From: Macrostomum lignano
Taxonomy: Eukaryota
Direction: 5' to 3'
Length of the DNA: 64,000 bases
Assembly (NCBI GenBank): GCA_002269645.1
Contig: NIVC01000102.1
Span: 515,950 to 579,949 of the forward strand
Positions 14,201 to 22,276 of the stretch are shown here, in pieces. Below the pieces are notes generated by a model. That model saw only the letters and a program-made list of their open reading frames with translations, did no database searches and was not told where the DNA came from. Position numbers and translations under genes: made by a program. The stretch's first letter is position 1. Each line of letters starts with the position of its first letter.

Positions 14201-15772
14201 GACAACCTAGCCCTTCAAAGACATCGGCGTATTCTTTCAAAATCACTTCCTTTGTAAGTGGTTCTTCCGATACCGGTACATCCTGTTGAACAGCATGCAG
14301 TATCCGTATCAGTCCGAGACTCTCTGCTGTATTTGTCTCAAGCAATGGCATATTATCTTCAGCAATGACAAAGAATTTTGCTTGAATTTCTTCATTCTGG
14401 TGTCTGAGAAGCAGTTGAATTTGTCCCAAAACTGTCAGCCTCTGTTTGTTGTACACAACTAACTGTGTGCTTCTATCCTCTCGGTATTCCTTCTTGGTAA
14501 TCTGCCTAAGTCTTTTTGCAGACATAATGTTAACATCGGCTCCTGTGTCGATTTTAAACGAAATCAACTGACGATCCTCAACCAGTACACTCGCGATTGT
14601 CTTGCTGTTCGTGCGAGCGGTCTTATTTTCATTATTTCCAGCCATCTGGTCAGAGCTAGCAACTGAAGATACAGCCCATGATTTTGTTAAGCTGCCTCCT
14701 GTGTCTTCGTCATTTTCGTCATCATGTTCATCTACCAGTCTGACATGTCTTGTAGGGTTATTTCGAAACTTTTGCTGACACATGGCTTTAAAATGGTTCT
14801 TTCTTCCACAATTACTACACAGCTTTCCAAATGCAGGACAGTGCTTACTACCAAAGGTGTGCTGTTTTCCGCAGTATCTGCAACTGGTTCTGCCCTGATG
14901 CGAGTCCTTGCGGGAGCCTTGGGAGGAGTTTCTTACTCGGTTTCTCTGGTGCTTTGCTGTGGGTGCCATTTTTTTAACTGTGTCCACACTTGGTCTTGGG
15001 TTTTCACACGCCTTACCGATCATTTTCTGTGCTTGCACTTTGGATGCTTCACATGCTCGACACAATACGATTGCCTTCTCGAGCGTCAGCTTGTCCTGTT
15101 CCAATAGCCTCTCCCTGACCGAAGGATTGTGCACTCCATACACGATTTGGTCTCTTAGAATTGCATTTTCGATTGTTTCGGATGCCATTGGTTTTGCAAA
15201 ATTGCATTGTTTTATGAGTGTTCGCAGCTCGCCAAGATAGTGATCGAATTCTTCGAATTGCTGCTGTGTGCGCATTCTGAACTTGTATCTTTCGAATGTT
15301 TCACAGTCCAGCGGCTTGCAGAATTTCTCAAATGCGGCAACAATTTGGTCGAATGAATTACCTTCAGTCAAATCTAGCGTATCGTAAATATCTCGACCTT
15401 GTTCACCCAATGCCGTGAGGAGAATTGCTGTCTTGACCTCGTCGGCCTCTTTTTCTCTCATAGTCGCCGTGAGGAATAGTTTGAAACCGTTGATCCACTT
15501 TCGCCATTTCTCGGCTTTGTTTTCATCAAAGGAAAATGGTGCAGGCGGCTTTAGGCTTCCAGAATCAGCCATATGTATGCTTTAGTGGAGCTCGAATTGA
15601 AGTTGCACTTTTACGGTTTCCTCTGACACCATGTTATGTTTTGGATATGAATGTTAGATTACGGCATAGCCGTCTGTGCTGCGCTTAGTTCGTATCTGCA
15701 GCTCTCGTATATTTAGCTTATAAAGACATAAAGCTAAGGTCATAGACAACTTAATTCGGTCTGTCTGCGACA
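11241..15772 (-). mobile_element. Intact Ty3/Gypsy LTR retrotransposon
   Basis: Identical 141-bp TG...CA LTRs at 11241-11381 and 15632-15772. 5-bp TSD GAGCT at 11236-11240 and 15773-15777. PBS TGGTGTCAGAG (tRNA-Leu-like) abuts the 5' LTR and a PPT (GGAAAAAAAGGGA) abuts the 3' LTR. Confidence 0.97.
11475..15572 (-). CDS. Gag-Pol polyprotein, 1365 aa, single open frame
   Basis: Zn knuckles (CRYCGKQH..., CSNCGRKNHFKAMC), protease DTGA, RT YIDD, RNase H DASKDGLGA, integrase HESH...CEKC and D..DNG..E, in PR-RT-RH-IN order. Confidence 0.95.
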   Translation of the reverse strand: MADSGSLKPPAPFSFDENKAEKWRKWINGFKLFLTATMREKEADEVKTAILLTALGEQGRDIYDTLDLTEGNSFDQIVAAFEKFCKPLDCETFERYKFRMRTQQQFEEFDHYLGELRTLIKQCNFAKPMASETIENAILRDQIVYGVHNPSVRERLLEQDKLTLEKAIVLCRACEASKVQAQKMIGKACENPRPSVDTVKKMAPTAKHQRNRVRNSSQGSRKDSHQGRTSCRYCGKQHTFGSKHCPAFGKLCSNCGRKNHFKAMCQQKFRNNPTRHVRLVDEHDDENDEDTGGSLTKSWAVSSVASSDQMAGNNENKTARTNSKTIASVLVEDRQLISFKIDTGADVNIMSAKRLRQITKKEYREDRSTQLVVYNKQRLTVLGQIQLLLRHQNEEIQAKFFVIAEDNMPLLETNTAESLGLIRILHAVQQDVPVSEEPLTKEVILKEYADVFEGLGCLPGTHHIVLQTNAVPRVQGPRKVPFAALKALRDELHRLSEQGMISQCSHPTEWVSNVVVVWKPDSSVRLCLDPQSLNEFIIRDRYPIPSYNEIISKMTGAKFFSTFDATAGFHQVALDHESSLLTAFHTPFGVYRWNRLPFGLKDAPEAYQRKIREEITSHVANSANYIDDIIVWGRTRKEHDDSVRQLLQQCKDKNLKLNKTKAKIGQRELKFLGHILTSEGVKIDPEKIRSIKDMPHPNSYSQISEKAAQLQRFIGSANFLSKFIPNFSALASPLRQLLKKDVAWNWGKRQEEAYEAIKESLCKAPLLGQFNPDQSVILSVDASKDGLGAALMQDGHVIEYASSSMTPAQKKYAQIEKEFLAIVFGCRRFRQYLWGRHVQVESDHKPLQFIMKKPLSELSARLQRLALKIQEFDLNVTYVPGKELYLADTLSRAYLKSVHSSNDIDDDIQCQILGVARVCLPDNLLKDIQHHTNADDLCHKLKDQIREGWPDAKSQIAEELKPFWNIRHELMENDRLIYKSSKIFIPDAMRRQMLQILHESHQGVEKTLMKATESVFWPRMRHDIEQYISSCEKCQSYQALHQKESMKMVEIPEYPFQECGTDIFYWKGETHIVLVDRLSRWICTDKITTTSAECVIKQLSQYFATYGTPEVIRCDNGPPFGSNRFKEFAEQKGIRIRTSSPKYPQSNGLSERAVQTVKGFLNKAEDINCALLHYRNTPIERGLPTPAELVMGRKLRYQLPLPIEQLKPRQVWTKRELEILAEKNSKQAFYYNRTARDLRPFKEGDQVWMQEDRRQWIPAEIVKPDVTDPDRSYKVRTATGREFRRNRRFLAKRNTDRRMQTIPEYSRIQLPNQDSNNGTIQTYSSDAHASDTVHNSQLDSGKSGGTKYITRYGREVKPTQFYKAS

Positions 15773-15917
15773 GAGCTTTGTCAGGAACCCGGCCACTCAG
15801 CGGTCCAAGGGCTTCGGCTTCGTCACCTTCAAGGACGCCGAGACCGTGAATGCGGTGCAGGCCAAGCGACCCCACACCATTCAGGATAAGGAGGTGAGCG
15901 GAGCTCTGAGTAGCCCA

Positions 15918-16152
15918 GAAATGCCTCAGCTGCTCCCAGCCTCCCAGATAAAGCCTCAAATGCCTCACTCACAGCTGCTCCCAGCTTCCCAGATGAAGCC
16001 TCAAATGCCTCACTCACAGCTGCTCCCAGCCTCCCAGATGAAGCCTCAAATGTCTCACTCACAGCTGCTCCCAGCCTCCCAGATGAAGCCTCAAATGCCT
16101 CACTCAGCTTCTCCCAGCCTCCCAAATGAAGCCTCAAATGCCTCACTCACAG
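15918..16152. repeat. 45-bp tandem repeat, ~5 copies, each containing ctcactcacag
   Basis: Unit aagcctcaaatgcctcactcacagctgctcccagcctcccagatg. The array ends exactly at the RGG-coding segment. Confidence 0.9.
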
Positions 16153-16902
16153 CATATGCAGGCGGCTGGCAGCGCGGCGGCGGCGGCTACCGAGGAGGTC
16201 GCGGCCGCGGCATTTGAGGCCGGCTGAGCAGCTGCGGGTTTCGGCTGGGCCGGGCGGTGCTGAGCAGCCGACTGTCTCTCCTCTGACAGCCCCAGCCGCC
16301 TGTGGCGCGGTGCACCGCTTTGTTAGAAACGCGGCTTGGAGTCTCAAAGCCGGCCGCACCGGTCCGGGGCTTCTCCCACTGCCAGATCTGTTTTTTATTC
16401 ATATTTATAAGCGACCTGACCGGCTGTTCAAAGTGACGCCTCACCCTACTGGGAGTAGTATATCGTCTGCGAGTCTCAAATTATTATTTTCCTTTGTTAT
16501 AATCGCTGTTGTTTCAAGTGGCACCAATTTAAACAGTTAATTGGGTTATCAGTTATCTGTAGGAATGCGAGCTGGTCAGTCAGCCTCTGCTAATCATCCG
16601 GCCCCATATTGATAATTTGCCCGCTTTGCCCTCCCTGCCCGCCTTGCGAACCCGCCGCCCCCGCCCAGGCCCGCCCGCAGCTGTTCTGTTGTTGCTGAGG
16701 TCCCGAGTTCGAGTCCCTCCGCCGCCGTCCCAGCTGCATGGACAATTTTGAGTCAGGCAGCGGCAGCGGCGGCTTCTGACCTTCCCTGTGCTTTTTTCTA
16801 ACTGGCGTCAGAGCGGAAATACAATTTCTAAGAAACACCGCGGCTGCGCACCTGCGGCGCTCGCGGCTCCTCTGGGGCGCGAGTTTGGAGATAAAATGCT
16901 TT

Positions 16903-16916
16903 GTTGCCATGGCAAC
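16903..16916. promoter_or_regulatory. Perfect palindromic RFX X-box GTTGCCATGGCAAC
   Basis: Exact match to the established X-box consensus, next to a GC-rich island. The target gene is not identified. Confidence 0.5.
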
Positions 16917-16942
16917 CTGCGGCTTTGTTACCTGCTTTTGAA

Positions 16943-17650
16943 GTGACTGTGAGCTGAGGCCAGATTGGTGACTCACTCATTGGTGACTGTGAGCTGAGGC
17001 CAGATTGGTGACTCACTCATTTGTGACTGTGAGCTGAGGCCACATTGGTGACTCACTCATAGGTGACTGTGAGCTGAGGCCAGATTGGTGACTCACTCAT
17101 TGGTGACTGTGAGCTGAGGCCACATTGGTGACTCACTCATTGGTGACTGTGAGCTGAGGCCAGATTGGTGACTCACTCATTTGTGACTGTGAGCTGAGGC
17201 CAGATTGGTGACTCACTCATTGGTGACTGTGAGCTGAGGCCAGATTGGTGACTCACTCATTGGTGACTGTGAGCTGAGGCCACATTGGTGACTCACTCAT
17301 TGGTGACTGTGAGCTGAGGCCAGATTGGTGACTCACTCATTTGTGACTGTGAGCTGAGGCCAGATTGGTGACTCACTCATTGGTGACTGTGAGCTGAGGC
17401 CAGATTGGTGACTCACTCATTGGTGACTGTGAGCTGAGGCCACATTGGTGACTCACTCATTGGTGACTGTGAGCTGAGGCCAGATTGGTGACTCACTCAT
17501 TTGTGACTGTGAGCTGAGGCCAGATTGGTGACTCACTCATTGGTGACTGTGAGCTGAGGCCAGATTGGTGACTCACTCATTGGTGACTGTGAGCTGAGGC
17601 CAGTGTCAGATTGGTGACTCACTCTGCAGTGACTGTGAGCTGAGGCCAGT
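16943..17650. repeat. 40-bp minisatellite, ~17 copies
   Basis: Unit tggtgactgtgagctgaggccagattggtgactcactcat. Confidence 0.95.
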
Positions 17651-18134
17651 GAGACACCTCAGCCACGACCGCCGGAACCCTGCGGTAACGCAGAAGTCCT
17701 GGAAAATCCTCTGGAATGAGTTTAGATATCCGGTGCGTGTGCGTCTCACGGGTTCAAGAACAGGTGTGTGCAGAAGGCATCGCAGAGCAACAAGCATCAG
17801 CGTGTACCTGGAGTGATTACAAGTCTGCTGTTTCCGTTCAAGCAGCTGTGACGGTCACAGATGGAAACTGCAGTCTTCCGTGTCTTTAGTTGCCAAGGCC
17901 CTGCCATTGACACCTTGCTGGAGAATTCCTATTAAAACTTTCAAAGCTTCTGGCACCTGTAGCTGAAATTGAGCACTCTGAGAAGTGGCTGGTGACTACA
18001 GACGGGTCAGGGTGTGCTCAAGCTGGGGTCAATTGAGCTGATGGGAGGCGGAGATGCCGACAGTGGCGACTTGGTGCAACGGCTGGCGGATTGCCGTACC
18101 ACTTCCGCTTGGTGAAATGTGTCCATCTCCATCG

Positions 18135-18260
18135 CTGCTGCACACCCAGAATGGCACACAATATTCCATTCAATGTCCTTCTCAGCATCTGATCTGCCAC
18201 CAATATTGATGAGGTCGCACTTTTTCCAATCTTAGAATCGCGCCTGGTTCCCATCTCTGT
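18135..18260 (-). pseudogene. Possible remnant of a second Mab-21/cGLR paralog (N-terminal NTase motif)
   Basis: DWKKCDLINIGGRSDAEKDIEWNIVCHSGC aligns by eye with GWANSLVQVNGRTAADSDIDWTVLV...HLEGGC of the intact gene. An upstream EMGTRRDS is in another frame. No downstream homology was recognised. Confidence 0.4.
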
Positions 18261-18617
18261 TACTGTAAGTAGGCTGGGTAAGGATTTTTATCTACTATTT
18301 GTTCTTGGAATTTTCTAGGTCTTACTGAATTTTTGTGGTTTCTGCTTTGTTGAATGGTTTACCTGTCCAGAGCTCAGCCGGTCTGGACTGATTTTGATTT
18401 ATGATCACCTACCTGTCACTCTAACAAGGTGATTTTTAGTCATCGTTTTCGTCAGTTTTTGTGATTGGCGATCGTCTAGCTGTCATTCTTTGGCTCCGAC
18501 AAGTCAAGGATTTTGACTGGCTTTTCCCCCATTTTTATGATTTATGACCGCACCTGTCAAGTCCCACGGAGTCTGAGAGGCCTCTCGATAGAGAGCATTG
18601 TGGGGTTTTGAGCTCAT

Positions 18618-18659
18618 CCAATCAGAATCGAGCTAGTCATCCCGGACTCGTCCAATCAG
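18618..18659. promoter_or_regulatory. Paired CCAATCAG boxes 34 bp apart (NF-Y-type promoter signature)
   Basis: ccaatcag at 18618 and 18652. Confidence 0.3.
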
Positions 18660-19019
18660 AAAACCCAACGCTTGATATAACAAACAGGCAGCTGGAAAGC
18701 CTCGAGACTTCAGTCATCACTCCTTCGTCATCAAGTAGGCCACAAAGTCTCTCTGGATTATCTTGGCTTCACCTGCGCGACATTCCGGCACCGGCCAGCA
18801 TGCCGATAAGTACGGCGTGTTTCTTTTGCAATCAATACTTATGAATTGTCTGAGTAGGGACTGGATTTGCCAGAACTGAGTGGTTTCCCATAATGCCATT
18901 GCGGATTGAGAATCTGGTTTAGGAGTTTGACTGTGTGTAGGTGCAGGCTCATTTTCACTGGGCGATGACGCCAGTCCCGCAGTCCATCGACTGCAAACGC
19001 GACAGGAGTACGGAATGAT

Positions 19020-19525
19020 GGCGATACAGAGTGAGGGCGAGACAGAGTGAGGGCGAGACAGGGGGAGGGCGATACAGAGCGAGGGCGAGACAGAGTGAGG
19101 GCGAGACAGAGTGAGGGCGAGACAGAGTGAGGGCGAGACAGAGTGAGGGCGAGACAGAGTGAGGGCGAGACAGAGTGAGGGCGAGACAGAGTGAGGGCGA
19201 GACAGAGTGAGGGCGAGACAGAGTGAGGGCGAGACAGAGTGAGGGCGAGACAGAGTGAGGGCGAGACAGAATGAGGGCGAGACAGAGTGAGGGCGAGACA
19301 GAGCGAGGGCGAGACAGAGTGAGGGCGAGACAGGGGGAGGGCGATACAGAGCGAGGGCGAGACAGAGTGAGGGCGAGACAGAGTGAGGGCGAGACAGAGT
19401 GAGGGCGAGACAGAGTGAGGGCGAGACAGAGTGAGGGCGAGACAGAGTGAGGGCGAGACAGAGTGAGGGCGAGACAGAGTGAGGGCGAGACAGAGTGAGG
19501 GCGAGAAAGAGGGAGGGCGAGACAG
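19020..19525. repeat. 16-bp minisatellite (gagggcgagacagagt)n, ~31 copies
   Basis: Directly visible. Confidence 0.95.
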
Positions 19526-19683
19526 CGCAGGGAAGCGTTCGCTGCCACTGCGGGCTCGGAGGCCAATCGCAGATTCCTCTGCATCCCCCTGTCTGCATGT
19601 TGCTGTGGGAGCAGCCAGTGCAGCTCCTGAGGGATTAACTGAACCTGCGGGTCAAGCACACTGCATCCCCGCTAATCATTCAG

Positions 19684-19842
19684 GGACTCGAGCCCACTTC
19701 AGATGCTCACTGCATCCCCACTGCTCGGTCCCGGACTCGAGCCCACTTCAGATGCTCACTGCATCCCCACTGCTCGGTCCCGGACTCGAGCCCACTTCAG
19801 ATGCTCACTGCATCCCCACTGCTCGGTCCCGGACTCGAGCCC
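19684..19842. repeat. 49-bp tandem repeat, ~3 copies
   Basis: cccacttcagatgctcactgc at 19693, 19742 and 19791. Confidence 0.9.
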
Positions 19843-20224
19843 TTAACTTATTTTATTTCTGTAATTTGTTTTAGATTTCAAATTTTTCTTAATTTAAGCT
19901 ACCTGGCTGCTGGAACGCACGCACATCTCCATCAAGTGAATTTTATGAGGCAAATCTGCAAAGCACTGGTTGACATTTCAATGACATTCAAGCCACCCTT
20001 GCAGAGCATCAGAGCTGGCACTGAGAGCGAGTGGCAGGTCGCATCATTCTATATTTAGAAACCGAAGCAGTGCATTTGATTTGGTTTATGGCACAGAGCA
20101 GGCATCAAATATGGACGGCAATATAGAAATGGCCGCAGTTTTGAGTTCATCAGCAGCGTGCGGAGCTCTTGGATCGGACAGAAAAATGAATGGCGACTGG
20201 GGCCGCGACCTGCCTGTCCGGCCA

Positions 20225-20895
20225 GTCCCGTCAGTGAATGTTCATGAGAGAGCTGTCAGGCTGTAAGTCACTGAAAGTTCATAAGGGAGTTGTCAGGCTG
20301 TCAGTCACTGAATGTTCATGAGGGAGCTGTCAGGCTGTCAGTCACTGAATGTTCATGAGGGAGCTGTCAGGCTGTCAGTCACTGAATGTTCATGAGGGAG
20401 CTGTCAGGCTGTCAGTCACTGAATGTTCATGAGGGAGCTGTCAGGCTGTCAGTCACTGAATGTTCATGAGAGAGCTGTCAGGCTGTCAGTCACTGAATGT
20501 TCATGAGGGAGCTGTCAGGCTGTCAGTCACTGAATGTTCATGAGGGAGCTGTCAGGCTGTCAGTCAGTGAATGTTCATGAGGGAGCTGTCAGGCTGTCAG
20601 TCAGTGAATGTTCATGAGGGAGCTGTCAGGCTGTCAGTCACTGAATGTTCATGAGGGAGCTGTCAGGCTGTCAGTCAGTGAATGTTCATGAGGGAGCTGT
20701 CAGGCTGTCAGTCACTGAATGTTCATGAGGGAGCTGTCAGGCTGTCAGTCACTGAATGTTCATTAGGGAGCTGTCAGGCTGTCAGTCCCTGAATGTTCAT
20801 GAGGGAGCTGTCAGGCTGTCAGTCACTGAATGTTCATGAGGGAGCTGTCAGGCTGTCAGTCACTGAATGTTCATTAGGGAGCTGTCAGGCTGCCA
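20225..20895. repeat. 37-bp minisatellite, ~18 copies
   Basis: Unit gtcactgaatgttcatgagggagctgtcaggctgtca. Confidence 0.95.
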
Positions 20896-21759
20896 GTCTC
20901 TGCAGGGTACATGAGTACATGATGAAAGTACATGATGAAATCAATTTGCAGACTGATTGAGGTGATTCTGAGAGCAGCTGCTTAAAGAATCCAGGAGCAT
21001 GTACACACAATATTTTAAGCCATTAAAGTACATTTTAAATATCAGAAACATGTGCAGTAAAATTTCTCAAACTGCACGGGCAAAGCCAGAGGCTTACAGT
21101 TTCTGAGTTCAGCTCAAGCTGCTGCATCAAGTCTGTCCAGCTTCTCCCTGACCCAACCGACCTTAGGATTTTCCAGATTACCAGGTTTCCATGCAGATTA
21201 CTGTCACCTGTATATTTGGCTTATATATTTCATTAAAAGCATTGGCAATTGTGTATTGAAGTCCGCAGAACAAAATCGCAGAAAAAAGCCCGCATCAAAG
21301 CAGACACGCAGTTTGAACGGATAAAGAAATTCATAATTTATAATGCAGGCTGAATTGAATTGCAGCACGAATGTACAAAACTGCAGTTCATAGCAGGAGG
21401 GCTACTCGCACTCGATGGCTCTCGATGTGCTCATTTCCTAAAAAAGTAGCAAAGTCAGCTACAGGAAAAATCTTCGGCATAACTTGATCCAAAAGTCTAT
21501 GAGCGGTACAGTTACAAGTACATGCTTCGGACAACATACCTACATCATGTACAGTTAATCCAACAGCATGTACATATAATGTAACAGGATGTACATATAT
21601 CTAACAGCATGTACAAAAGCCTGCATAGATAATCCAAGAGAATGCAGAGATAATTCAACAGCATTTTCATACATTAAAAAAGCGTGTACAGAAAATTCAA
21701 CAGTATATGTATAGATAATGTGACGTGATGTACAATGTAACAGGATGTAAAGATAATGT

Positions 21760-22070
21760 AAGAGGATGTGCAGACAATCCAACAACTTGTGCAGAAAATC
21801 CAACAGCATGTGCAGACAATCCAACAGCATGTGCAGACAATCCAACAGCATGTGCAGCCAATCCAACAGCATGTGCAGACAAGCCAACAGCATGTGCAGA
21901 CAATCCAACAGCATGTGCAGACAAGCCAACAGCATGTGCGGTCAATCCAACAGCATGTGCAGTCAATCCAACAGCATGTGCAGACAAGCCAACAGCATGT
22001 GCGGTCAATCCAACAGCATGTGCAGACAATCCAACAGCATGTGCAGACAATCCAACAGCATGTGCAGACA
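21760..22070. repeat. 21-bp minisatellite (ccaacagcatgtgcagacaat)n, ~15 copies
   Basis: Directly visible. It produces spurious ORFs in all six frames. Confidence 0.95.
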
Positions 22071-22276
22071 ATATTCATAACCATTGCATATTATGATATT
22101 AAAGATAATTCACAGAAAATTAGCAAAAATAGTTGAAATACAAATTCTAAAACTTACGGACTCAACTGAATTTAACAGAAGAAAGTCAAGGAAGCCAAAC
22201 GGTAAAAGTACATTATTATGGGTTCTGAAATTCGAGTCCAGAAAAATTAAAAAATCTGAGTAACGAAGTCCTCAGG

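Larger units (their letters stand above)
11075..16217 (+). pseudogene. hnRNP A/B-Musashi-like RRM/RGG gene fragment interrupted by a Gypsy insertion
   Basis: Removing the element and one TSD copy gives KIFVGGLSPDVSTDGLREYFARSFVRNPATQRSKGFGFVTFKDAETVNAVQAKRPHTIQDKE|gtgagc, with RNP2 (IFVGGL) and RNP1 (KGFGFVTF). An RGG tail, AYAGGWQRGGGGYRGGRGRGI*, lies at 16153-16217 but is out of phase with the preceding donor. Confidence 0.8.

Noticed and set aside
18717-19659. Long ORFs across the 16-bp array (LSRPHSVSPSLCLALT repeats)
   Set aside because: Translation of a pyrimidine-rich minisatellite; the unique flanks show no recognisable domain.
21555-22136. ORFs in all six frames (CADNPTA, QQHVQTI, MCRQSNS repeats)
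   Set aside because: Produced by a 21-bp minisatellite with no stop codons; no unique coding flanks.
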